Origin: Octopus vulgaris
Taxonomy: Eukaryota
Direction of reading: 5' to 3'
Assembly (NCBI GenBank): GCA_951406725.2
Contig: OX597820.1
Coordinates: 96,658,001 to 96,722,000, forward strand
DNA: 64,000 bases
The notes below the pieces were generated by a model, which saw only the letters and a program-made list of their open reading frames with translations, had not been told where the DNA came from and did not search any database. Below are positions 1 to 11,803 of this stretch, piece by piece. Each line of letters begins with the position of its first letter. Position 1 is the stretch's first letter. The position numbers and the translations under genes are program-made.

Positions 1-358
1 TGCCGCTACGTTCAAGGTTCAAATTCCGCCGAGGTCGACTTTGCCTTTCATCCTTTCGGGTTCCATTAAATAAGTACCAGTTGCGCACTGGAGTCGATAT
101 AATCGACTTAATCCGTTTGTCGGTCCTTGTTTGTTCCCTCTGTGTTTAGCCCCTTGTGGGTAGTAAAGAAATAGGTATTTCGTCTGCCGTTACGTTCCAA
201 GTTCAAATTCTGCCGAGGTCGACTTTGCCTTTCATCCTTTCGGAGGTCAATAAACTAAGTACCAGTTTCGCACTGGAGTCGATGTAATCGACTTAATCCT
301 TTTGTCTGTCCTTGTTTGTCCCCTCTATGTTTAGCCCCTTGTGGGCAATAAAGAAATA
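1..358 (+). mobile_element. tRNA-derived SINE family A, dimeric copy cut by the window start
   Basis: Two ~185-nt units with B-box-like GTTCAAATTCC, core GCCTTTCATCCTTTCGG and tail GCCCCTTGTGGG..AATAAAGAAATA; many other copies in the window. Confidence 0.85.
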
Positions 359-1739
359 TAAAACATTTTCCTCAGAAAGTTGTTATGTGCAAATCTACAC
401 AATTGAACGTATGAGAAACAAAATTGGAATTTTGAAAGAAGTATTTATAAAGCGATAATTTCATTTGTTTGAAATGTAAAAAGGAATAGTTAATGGAATA
501 ACGGGTGGAACAAAATTTCATTCTTCTTTTTTACCATAGCAACTGGAGGTCCCAGTGGAAAAAAAGTAGCTCTTAGCGCATATTATTCAATGACATTTTT
601 CAGAGATACGCTTTCGAGAATATAGCTTATGTTTATCACGAATTTTATTTATTTATTTGTTGGTGGCGTTTCAGATCATCCACCCACAACACTATATCTT
701 TTGTATATTTTTTTCTTGAAAAAAAATTGCCAGCATGATAATGGAAGAAATATGTATTGGAAATAAGCATTGTACAGACTTTTATCAAGATAAAAGTAAT
801 ATTCGCTTTTGAAAACATATCTCGGAAAAATTGTATGAAAAATATGTATCTAGCCAAATTCGTTAACGGAGATGAATGATCCATCAAAAATAAAATAAAT
901 GATAATTTCAGATTTCCCCCAAGGTAATCGTAAACTTTGCTATCAAAAATGTATCTCTGAAAGATTTCTTTAGCAGAATGAAACAAAATCGGGGATGAGG
1001 GCGCCAGAAATGAGACAGTGATAATAAGAACAATCGATGTTTTGATTTTGTCGAGTTATATCGAAGGAATGCCGGTTTCTATTCATTCTTTATGCGTTCT
1101 GGGAGATTTGAACATAAATCTCTCAAACGCTGTTGTTCTTCCTCATTGGAGAACACATCATACTTTCAGTTGGCGTGGCTCAGAATGTCTAGGTTATTCA
1201 TCATTGAGTAGACCGAATCGGGTTGAAATACTAAACTGGCGATATACTGGCGTACTGAGCGAACGCATATTATGTCACTGAGAAGTTTCTCAGCGGCAAA
1301 ATATAACAGCTAATACCGTTTCTACAACATATGAACATTTTTCACACAACAGTATTTTAGTAAAAGAATATATCGTTTTTCTCAACGGCGATCTTTTAAC
1401 GAAAATCGCCAAAACAACACGATCGCACACGCACGCACGTACACGGGACTGTTTATAGTTGACAAGAAAAACATGTGCTTTCAAATCCTGTTTTCTGATT
1501 GGATAAAAAATTTTTACGGAGATAAGCGAAAATCGTGATTGAGACTAAATACTCTTGAGAATAAAATATGAGGTTTGCAGCATATTAGGAGGCCAGGATA
1601 CGTGATTCCATGCAAAATATTTTATTTTTTCTTAGTGAAAATCGTGTATGTGAAAAAGATTGATGGGGGTGGAGTATGTGAAATTTCCGAGGCTTTCACC
1701 TCACCTCACCCCGTTTTTCGGACCCCCAAAAGGGTTTTG

Positions 1740-2054
1740 GGTACTACTTGATAACAGTGGTCCCGGTGCGCGCACTCGCTTAGTTGCGCATCCGCGCTAA
1801 CTAGTCATGACTAGTCGATCCTTACTTTGTGTTTTTGTGTTATTTCCTTTATTAAAAAATTATTTACTTTGTGTTTTTGTGTTTTATTTACTTTGTTTAA
1901 CAAAAATTATTTACTTTGTGTAAAAAAATTATTTATTTCGTGTTTTATTTACTTTGCTAGGTAGTCGTTGTAGGATCGACTAGTCACGACTAGCTAGCGC
2001 AGATGCATGACTACGCGAGTGCGCGCACCGGGACCACTGTTCTCGAGTAGTACC
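1740..2054. mobile_element. Merlin-type MITE
   Basis: ~80-bp imperfect TIRs (GGTACTACTTGATAACAGTGGTCCCGGTGCGCGCACTCGC.../...GCGAGTGCGCGCACCGGGACCACTGTTCTCGAGTAGTACC); perfect 8-bp TSD GGGTTTTG at 1732-1739 and 2055-2062; GG...CC ends; internal TTTACTTTGTG subrepeats. Confidence 0.85.
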
Positions 2055-2849
2055 GGGTTTTGTAGTATATTAGGTCACCGGAATTCATTCAACAAAAAAA
2101 TTTCCAATGATTCCGGGACAAAAATAAGGAGTTTGCAGCATATTAGGAGGTCAGGGGACTTGATTCCACCCAAAAAATCCTGCGGGCGAAAGGATCAAAA
2201 TTTACCATTTCATTATTCAAAAGTTAATAAAACACTACATACTCATTAATATATCACCACAACAAGTTATAATATTAAATTACCAGTGACTAATATAAAC
2301 TTAAATTTCATTAAATAGGAACTAATGAAAGTACTTGTAATTAACTATTATTAGAAATGTTGCTATGCTTAATGCTAATTAAACCGTTTAAAAGATAATA
2401 AAACTACAAGTAGTTTACTTACATGTTTACTTACATGTTTACTTAAACATTTACATGTTTAATCAGACACGCTGTTCTCCCAAGAAGAATTTAAAGGGCC
2501 AAGTAAATATTGATGATCTTTGCGTAATTACTACTTTCTCAATCGTCTCAGTATTGGTGACGTAGTAAACAAATGACTCGAATCGTAAACCTTCAAATCC
2601 TTACAAAATATTTACTGAGCTGAAGACTAGATATTACCCCATATTTATTTAAAATTTAAAGTTTCCCACCTAAACAGCGATTAAAAGTTTATACCCTTGT
2701 TATACTAAATGTCTTAACAGCTTATTTATTCTTTCTAAAAATTTATTAGCATTATTAATAATAGTACTATGTCTAACAATTTGCCCTACAGTTCACCGTA
2801 TCCAGTGAAAGAAGGAATTTTACTACTAAACCATGGTATTGAAGCCACT

Positions 2850-3215
2850 GGGCGGCGAGCTGGCAGAAACGTTAGCACGCCGGGCGAAATGCGTAGCCGT
2901 ATTTCGTCTGTCGTTACGTTGTGAGTTCAAATTCCGCCGAGGTCGACTTTGCCTTTCATCCTTTCGGGGTAGATAAGTATTGAAGCCACTGGGCGGCGAG
3001 CTGGCAGAAACGTTAGCACGCCGGGCGAAATGCGTAGCCGTATTTCGTCTGTCGTTACGTTGTGAGTTCAAATTCCGCCGAGGTCGACTTTGCCTTTCAT
3101 CCTTTCGGGGTAGATAAGTACCAGTTACGATGTTATCGATGTAATCGACTTAATACCTATGTCTGTCCTTGTTTGTCCCCTCTATGTTTAGCCCCTTGTG
3201 GGTAATAAAGAAATA
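2850..3215 (+). mobile_element. SINE family A with a 141-bp tandem duplication of its 5' part
   Basis: Head GGCGGCGAGCTGGCAGAAACGTTAGC occurs twice; TSD GGTATTGAAGCCACT at 2835-2849 and 3216-3230. Confidence 0.9.
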
Positions 3216-3577
3216 GGTATTGAAGCCACTTCGAAAACAAATTTTCTCTTTTATTATAAATGTCAGGGTCAATATAATGATCTTCACCCGTGAGCAAAAA
3301 ATAAATAAATAAACCAGCCTGCTGGTTGTTAAGAACCATGTAGAAAACGAAGTATATATTTCATAGCTATCTTTAATTACTAGATTGACATCAAAATAAT
3401 TAATATTTCTTATATTATTACCATTTCTGGCGGCTATAAAGCTCACAATGGTATATATTGGTGTGTGTTTGTGCTAACGCATTTCCTCATTTTGACATAA
3501 TACAATAGTTGCAAGTGAATATCACCGTCACTTCCAATTCTCCTGTGAAAACATGTCCAGCTCTAAGGAAATAACAA

Positions 3578-3968
3578 CTTTTCTACTCTAGGCACAAAGC
3601 CCGAAATTTTTGGAGAGGGGTCAGTCCATTAAATCGTCCCCAGTACGCAACTGGTACTTAATTTATCGATCCCGAAAGGGTGAAAGGCAAAGTCGACCTC
3701 AGCGGAATTTCAACTCAGAACGTAAAGACAGACGAAATACCTATTTCTTTACTACCCACAAGGGGTTAAACACAGAGAGGACAAACAAAGACAGACAAAC
3801 GGATTAAGTCGATTACATCGACCCCAGTGCGTAACTGGTACTGAATTTATCGACCCCGAAAGGATGAAAGGCAAAGTCGACGTCGGCGGAATTTGAACTC
3901 AGAACGTAACGGCAGACGAAATACGGCTACGCATTTCACCCGGCGTGCTAACGTTTCTGCCAGCTCGC
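3578..3968 (-). mobile_element. SINE family A dimer with two different 3' tails
   Basis: Reverse complement of the head at 3968, two cores; first tail as in 1-358, second tail ...TTTCGGGCTTTGTGCCTAGAGTAGAAAAG. Confidence 0.85.
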
Positions 3969-4051
3969 GGTCGTGAGGAAATAATATCTTACATGTTAAC
4001 AGGTGAGGGTTGGTGACAAAAAAGGCATCCGAACGTAGAAAATCTGTCTTA

Positions 4052-4512
4052 TAGGCGTAGGAGTGACTGTGTGGTAAGTAGCTTGCCTACCAACCACATG
4101 GTTCCGGGTTCAATCCTACTGTGTGGCACCTTGGGTAAGTGTCTTCTACTGTAGCCTCGGGTCGACCAAAGCCTTGTGAGTGGATTTGGTAGGCGGAAAC
4201 TTAAAGAAGCCCATCGTATGTGTGTGTGTGTGTGCATGTTTGTGTGTCTGCGTTTGTCCCCCAACCAACGCTTGAAAACTGATGTTAGTGCGTTTACGTC
4301 CCCGTAACCGAGTGGTTCGGCAAAAGATTCCGATAAAATAAGTTCTAGGCTTACAAAGAATAATTTACGTTCCCGTAACTTAGCTGTTCGGCAAAGGAGA
4401 CCAATAGAATAAGTACCAGAAGTACTGGGGTTGACTCAGTCGACTAAAAATTCTTCAAAGCGGTACCACAGCATGGTCGCAGTCTAATGACGGAAAAAAA
4501 GCAAACGGTAAA
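4052..4512 (+). mobile_element. tRNA-derived SINE family B (central microsatellite, CR1-like tail), diverged copy
   Basis: Head GGCGTAGGAGTG.CTGTGTGGTAAG, CORE-like ACCTTGGG.AAGTG, (TG)n, tail GCGGT.C..CAGCATGG.CGCAGTC.AATGAC. Confidence 0.85.
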
Positions 4513-4834
4513 AAAAAAAAAAAAAAAAAAGAAGTATAAAAGAAATACAAGAACGGTGAATGGAGGACTTCGTAAACGTATTTTCTGTTTTACGGAATTG
4601 AGCTGAAGAGGCTTTTCGGAAATCTAGTAGAAGACACTAGAATTAAGAAAGAATATTGAAGTAGTCCGTTGTTTTATTTATTTATTGTTTCTTTAAGTTG
4701 ATTTAAGAGAATTGGATCTGGTGAGAAAATTGACATAGGACTAAGTTTGGTTGAGATAGACAGCAATTCAGCTTCGTCGGAAATATGCAAATATGGAAAC
4801 TAGCAAACAGGAACGTAATTGTAAACTCATAGAT

Positions 4835-5220
4835 ATGACGGCAGTGATAACCACAACGGTGATGGCGATAGCAACGACAGCAACTATTATAATGTGGTGT
4901 GATGGTTATGATGGTGATTGCAGGGTGGAGTTGTTGTTGTTGTTGGTGGTGGTGGTGGTGGTGAGGATGTTAATGGCATGATTACAATGTGTTGGTGGCG
5001 ACGAAGATGATGGTGATCCTCGTCATGGTTACAACGACATTAATAACGATGACGTAACAGTGATTATATTGATGCTGATGGAGGGAGTGGAGGTGGGGTG
5101 GGGTAGGATGGGATGCGGTGGTGGTGGTGGTGGTGGTAGCGGATTGGGTTTAATGGAGAAGTGATGAAGACGATGCTGGTGGCCGCGGTGATGGTAGTGG
5201 TAATGGTGGACGATGATAAC
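4835..5220. repeat. Degenerate (GGT/GAT)n low-complexity tract
   Basis: Runs of GGT, GTT and GAT triplets. Confidence 0.8.
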
Positions 5221-5788
5221 AGGTTACAGTAGGGAAGTGTTGACAAAAGCATTGAGAATGTACACGTCAGAACTGAGTGTAAACAGAGGTGCAAATGAGG
5301 AAAGCTTATTAAATAAACACTATGATGTCTTGAAAAGAAAAAAGAATTTGGTCCAAGGCATTTACAGAGATTACAAGGGATTAAGAGACAACTAGCTTGT
5401 CGTCTGATATATATTCCCTATCACCACCCACCACCACCACCTAGATTTACGAGTGAGGGAGCTTCATTATAATTGCTTGATCTGCTGCAGTGAACAACCG
5501 TATCTCCTTCAAATGACGCTCTGCTGTCTTTAACAAATGGCACTTTAGATTATGTAACCCTCGATATACTGTGTCGGAAAAACAACATAAAAGAAGAAAA
5601 GATCACAGCTGGAATGTCATTATGATACCTCTGCTCGGTAAGAGCTGACCTGGGGCTAAACAGCCACAACACATCTCTGACGACTGATATGCCTCTTAGC
5701 ACCACTAAGAGTTACCGTCCAGGGAGTTTCAACGTTGTCATCCAACCTGCTAGAAATAACAACAAAATCTGCTCCAAATCTCTTTTAC

Positions 5789-6075
5789 TATCATCATCAT
5801 CGTTTAACGTCACTTTCCATGCTGGCATGGGTTGGACGGTTTGACTGAGGACTGGCAAGCCAGGAGGCTGCACTAGGCTCCAATCGGATCTGGCAAGGTT
5901 TCTACAGCCGGATGCCATTCTTAGCACCAACCACTCCGAGAGTGTAGTGGGTTCTTACGTGTCACCGGCACGGGGGCCAGTCAGGCGATACTGGCATCGA
6001 CCACGCTCGAACGGTGCTTTTTACGTACCATCGGCACGTAAGCCAGTCAGGCAGCATTGGCATCGACCATACTCC
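5789..6075 (-). mobile_element. Retroposon 3' segment, family C, with (GAT)n tail; further copies at ~6292-6480 and 7487-7550
   Basis: Shared ATCATCATC..AACGTCCGTTTTCCATGC.GGCATGGGTTGGACG; GGATGCC.TTC.TA.C.CCAAC motif in the two longer copies. Confidence 0.75.
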
Positions 6076-7639
6076 GCCTATCCATTCTTGCATGAGTCTG
6101 ATGGATTATTTTTCTAATCAGCCTGCCTTATACTGAGACCCTTCGTCATTTCATTCATAAGGTTCAGCCTTCAGAAATCAGTTATCACCACATTTATCTA
6201 TCATTTCCTCGGTTTTCTTCTTCTGCAAATTCCTATTTGCTTTGATTGGCACAGCTTTAACCAACTGCATCAATAAGTGTATCAATAAATATCATCATCA
6301 TCATTGAACGGCCGTTTTCTATGCTGGCATGGGTTTGACGGTTTGACCGGAGCTAGTAAAACCAGGGCCTACACCAGGCTCCATTGTCTGTTCTGGCATG
6401 GCTTCTACGGCTGGATACCCTTCCTAACGCCAACTACCCCATAGTGTGTACTGGGTGCTTTTAACCTTGCATCAGCATGACTGATTTTCATGTAGCATCA
6501 GTATCAATTCTGCTGTGACGGGCGTATCTTTTTGAATACAACAATGCGCCTGATAGAGACCGATAAAATACTAAACTGAAATAATTAATATGATCAATAA
6601 GAACTCCTGAAGGTGATACCCTAGTATGTCCGTAGTCAAGTGAAAGAGACCGGTAAAATAATACGAGACAACAAAACAACAAAATGCCCTTTCAGGATCT
6701 TGTTAAATTTCTTCGAACTATTTGAAATATTTAAAAGTTTCATCAGGTTGTTTTTCAAAAGACATCTAATTTTGCATGTTGATGACAAGCGTGTTCATTG
6801 TTTTCAAGAAATTAATAATAAAGAAATTACATCATTGTAGAAAATCTGGTGAAAATTTGACATACTTCAAGTGGTTCGAAGAATTTTAACAAGATATCCC
6901 TTTCACTCTATTTGCTTGTTCACTTGTAACCACGTTGCTGTACTCAATGTAATATTGCCTAAATCGATCGGGCTAAACACAGTTTATAATGGCATAGCAA
7001 CAGTTCGTTCTAGGTTAAATTTATGCAGAACCATCGCGCAAATGTAAGTATAACAGAAACTTACTGTACAACTTTAATATTAATGATAACGAGGACATAA
7101 AGAGCAATTTAGACACATCTTCAGCGAATTAGCGTTTGAAGTAAACACACATGACTTTGATTTTCAAAATTAGGAATTTCTTTGTTCTCAAGGATTATAG
7201 GATGCCCACTCAAAATATTAAGGGATATTGGAATCAGAAACGAGGAAGGCTTAGGGGGGAGAGGAAGGACGAATGAGATTCTATGCAGTCTCTCTATCGG
7301 TTAATAACAGCAACGAAACCTCCCTTAAATTTACACTCTACTATCTTAAAATAGAAACACATTGATCAATGTAATCTTACATATATTATGCCGCGAGAAA
7401 ATAAAATCAGGGGAAAAAAAAGCAGAATAATCAGAGGCGGAACATCTGTCATCATGTCTGCTTGATCAGAGCTGACTTACGGTTAAACATCGTCGTCGTC
7501 ATCATCATCATCTAACGTCCGTTTTCCATACAGGCATGGGTTGGACGATTTGTTACGCCTAAAACCGGTGATGTACGTATTCTTTACCTCCGCCATATAT
7601 ATATATATGTAATATGTATATATAATATATATAATATAT

Positions 7640-9600
7640 AAGAAAGAGCAGACAAAGAAGCCTGGGCTATAGTCAACATAAAATCTAACCCGAGAGCTTT
7701 CTACAAGTTTGCCAAAGAAACAGCTAGGCATGGATAGGGCCACTCCTTGAAAAAGATGGTACACTCACAGGAAATCCAATGAGGATAAGTGAAATACTAA
7801 ATGAGCAATTCAAAAGTATTTTCACTCCACCCCTAGGGCATTTTCAAGTCAGCAATCCAACTGACTTTACCACTGCAGATATAAAATCAGAGGCAGCGAT
7901 GATTGATTACATCAATATAAAGGAAGACAATGTAATAAGGGCTATAGATGAAATGAACCCAAACTCAGCTACTGGCCCCGATGGATTACTAGCAATCCTT
8001 CTAAAAGTATGTAAAAGAGTCCTAGCAAGACCACTGCAGTTCCTCTTTCAGAGCTTCCTTGCAATTGGCAAACTTCCAAGAAAACTGGAAGAAGGTAAAA
8101 TATGCCCTATTCATAAAGGAGGTAGCAGAGCGGAGGCCAAGAACTACAGACCTATCTCTCTGACCTCCCACATCAGCAATGTCATGGAACGAATAGTCAG
8201 AAGGAAACTAATCGCCTTCCTTGAAGAAAATGACTTGCTGCCTGACACCCAACATGGTTTCCGACCAGAAAGAAGCTGCTTAACTCAGCTCCTACAACAC
8301 AATGACTGGGTGCTGAAACGACTGCTCAAACACTCAAATGTGGAAGTCATATATCTCGACTTTGCAAAGGCCTTTGATAAAGTCGATCATGGAATGATAT
8401 GTCACAAACTGCGTGATCTTGGCATAGTAGGAAAATTGGGAGAATGGCTTCATGACTTTCTGAAGGATAGAAGTCAGGTGGTAGTAGCCAATGGGGCCAC
8501 CTCCATTAACACAAGAATAGTGAGCGGTGTTCCGCAGGGCACTGTTTTGGGACCACTACTGTTCCTAATGGCTCTCTCAGACATGCCCTCAGCCACGCAG
8601 AGAGCCACGATCACAAGTTATGCAGATGATACAAAAGTTCCACAGGTAATACAGAACCCTGAAGACTATGCACCTGCAATGTGAGCTGGACAAAATATAC
8701 AAGTGGGCTGAAAAGAATAGCATGCAGTTCAATGCTGAAAAGTTTCAAGCTTTATGCTATCAGCATGCAAAACTAAATGCAATACCCAATAAATACACTG
8801 GACCTGGAGGGATTGCAATCCCAGAGGCACAATCAGTGCGAGACCTGGGTATTTACATGAGTAATGATGCAACCTTTCATGTGCATGTTGCTAAATTGGC
8901 AATGAAATGTAGGCGGCTGACCGGATGGATTCTTAGAGCCTTTAGAACAAGAGACCAGGAAACCATGATGGTCTTCTGGAGGACACTTGTCCTAAGCCAC
9001 TTTGACTATTGCTCTTAGCTATGGTCACCATCCAGTGTCAAATTAATCACAGAACTTGAGGCGATCCAACGAAGCTACACGAAGATAGCCTCTGTGCAGC
9101 ATATAAGCTATTGGGAAAGACTCAAGAGATTAAGACTCTATTCCTTAGAGCGTAGGCGAGAAAGATATGCCATAATATACATCTGGAAGATCCTGGAAGG
9201 ACTTGTCCCAAACTTTGGCATCGAGAGTTACACAAATACCAGAACTGGGCGCCACTGCATAGTGCCAAGGACTCCAAATTTGCCATCAAGAAGTAGGACA
9301 AGATACTGTGATAGCCTGGGCTTCAGAGGTCCACAGCTCTTCAATATCCTCCCGAATGACCTGAGAGATCTGCATGGGGTGGATGCAGATGTCTTTAAAA
9401 TAAAATTGGATCTCTTCCTGTCAGGTGTCCCAGATGAACCAACTTCCCGGCAGGAGGTGCAGATGAGGGCAGCTGCATCGAACTCTTTCATGCACCAAAT
9501 GGCAATTGCTAAAAACCATTCGTGAAGTAAAATATGTAGCAACACTGAATGGCGGTGCCCCAGCATGGCCACAGCTCATGAGCTGAAACTAGATAAAATA
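7640..9600 (+). mobile_element. 5'-truncated CR1-clade non-LTR retrotransposon (RT and C-terminal domain; frameshift near 8670, stop at 9016-9018)
   Basis: Motifs ATGPDG, KNYRPISLTS, QHGFRPERSC, YLDFAKAFDKV, SGVPQGTVLGPLLF, YADDTK, VRDLG, YWERLKRLRLYSLERRRER; short 3'UTR with terminal hairpin. Confidence 0.93.
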
Positions 9601-9750
9601 TAAACATATAAAATATAATATAATATATAAATATTATATATAACATATATATAACAAATATAATATATATATATGAAAGAAAAAAGGTTTTTCAGAATAC
9701 TGGATGGTAGTAAAAAAATATATTTATTTACATATCACATATTATTTCTT

Positions 9751-9793
9751 CATATTAGCGCTTTCAACTACTCCTGTAGTTTCATCAGAAATG
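9751..9793 (-). ncRNA. Minimal type I hammerhead ribozyme motif, intact core
   Basis: Minus strand: cattt CTGATGA aactac-agga-gtagtt GAAA gcgc TA atatg; perfect 6-bp stem II, palindromic stem III, stem I 4/5 paired. Confidence 0.8.
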
Positions 9794-10055
9794 TCAGTTT
9801 GTAAAGTTTTGCCTGAATTTATATTATTGGTAAATGAAGTGGGGAGAGAGAGAGTGTATGTGTGTGTGTGTATGTAATGGGAAATAGAGGAAGGGAGAAG
9901 GCGAGAGAGAGAGAGGAGTAATAGGGAGATAGAGGGATGGAGAAGGTGAAAGAGAGAGAATATGGGTGTGTGTGTTTTAAAACTGCATTTTTCTCTTTAT
10001 TTCTTTTTTCTTTTTTTTTTGTGTGTTTGTATTTTTTGGATGGCACTTGTAAGAA

Positions 10056-10432
10056 GTGTGGTAAGTAGCTTGCTAACCAACCACATGGTTCCGGGTTCAG
10101 TCCCACTGCGTGGCATCTTGGGCAAGTGTCTTCTGCTATAGCCCCGGGCCGACCAATGCCTTGTGAGTGGATTTGGTAGACGGAAACTGAAAGAAGCCTG
10201 TCGTATATATGTATGTGTGTGTTTGTGTGTCTGTGTTTGTCGCCCTAGCATTGCTTGACAACCGATGCTGGTGTGTTTACGTCCTCGTCACTTAGCGGTT
10301 CGGCAAAAGAGACCGATAGAATAAGTACTGGGCTTACAAAGAATAAGTCCCGGGGTCGATTTGCTCGACTAAAGGCAGTGCTCCAGCATGGCCGCAGTCA
10401 AATGACTGAAACAAGTAAAAGAGTAAAAAGAG
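10056..10432 (+). mobile_element. SINE family B
   Basis: Near-consensus copy ending CAGTCAAATGACTGAAACAAGTAAAAGAGTAAAAAGA. Confidence 0.9.
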
Positions 10433-10528
10433 AGAGAGAAGGAAAAAGAGGGTTTGAGAGGGTTTGTTTTTCAATAGTAGGAGTGTTGCTATGTACACCC
10501 ACACATATCCTTACGTATAAACATATAC

Positions 10529-10564
<36 letters not shown>

Positions 10565-11106
10565 GCTCATGAACTTAATGGTTCTAAAAGTCCTGGGGTC
10601 GATTCATTCGACAGAAATTCTACAAAGCGGATGGCCGCAGTAAAATGACTGAAACAAGTAAAAAATAAAAGAATAAAATTAGAGTCGTGTTCCATGAATC
10701 ATTGACTGACTATAAAATTAGCGAAAACATTAATAAAGTAATAATTGTTATTTTTTAAAATTAATTAACGGTTAATGGAATTACCTCATTAAATAGAAAT
10801 AGCAAATTTCAAAAGCGGTAATTTACTTCATTTCTCTAAAAATTAATTTGTCTTCCTCTCTTATAGAGGCGTAGTGGTTTTGCGAATAGTGTGTGACCTC
10901 CGAGTGTATGAGTTGTTATCATATCCATTTCCTGGTTTTGTTGTGTTTCTAAGCTATTTAATTTTGCTTGTCTTCCTTTTTTCTTGCTGTTAGAGGCAGG
11001 TAACAACTTTTTCTCGTTACATCAAACTCAAATTTGCTTCACTGACGAAAAAAGAATGATACTCTTTCTACCTTGGACTGACAAAGAACGACCAGTGAAA
11101 TAACAG

Positions 11107-11429
11107 TAGGCGGCTGACCGGATGGATTCTTAGAGCCTTTAGAACAAGAGACCAGGAAACCATGATGGTCCTCTGGAGGACACTTGTCCTAAGCCACTTT
11201 GACTATTGCTCTTAGCTATGGTCACCATCCAGTGTCAAATTAATCACAGAACTTGAGGCGATGCAACGAAGATACACGAAGAAGATAGTCTCTGTGCAGC
11301 ATATAAGCTATTGGGAAAGACTCAAAAGATTAAGACTCTATTCCTTAGATCTGGAAGATCCTGGAAGGACTTGTCCCAAACTTTGGCATCGAGAGTTACA
11401 CAAATACCAGAACTGGGCGCCACTGCATA
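11107..11429 (+). mobile_element. Internal fragment of the same CR1 LINE (matches ~8910-9261)
   Basis: Near-identical sequence with a ~30-bp internal deletion; lacks the LINE 3' end. Confidence 0.9.
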
Positions 11430-11803
11430 CGTAGATATGATGTATGTTATATATATGCATGCATGTATGTTTATATGTGTGTGCGTGCGTAAATATGTAT
11501 GTATATATAAATGCATAAATACAATTATAAATAAGGGCAAAAAGAAAACTTCTTTGCCAATATGTTGAAAAATAGACACTAAATCGTCTAACCACATAAA
11601 ATATTTTCACTTGTATTACTACACTACGCGCCAAAACGAGGAAAGCAAGCTAACAGAAATTCATAAAAGATTTAGTTATCTCCGAATCGGTTCCGATTTC
11701 TGGATTAATCCAAAAAGGATTTTTCCTTTATCAGCTGACTGGCCCAAAACACACACATAACAAAACGATGGAATTTATCGGTTATCGCTACATAGGTTAT
11801 CGT

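Noticed and set aside
361-1500. Unique-looking AT-rich region with ORFs 645-986 and 1018-1281
   Set aside because: No recognisable motif in any frame I translated; may be an old TE relic but cannot be supported
4793-5395. ORFs with poly-V/T/H/P runs
   Set aside because: Translations of GGT/GAT triplet repeats
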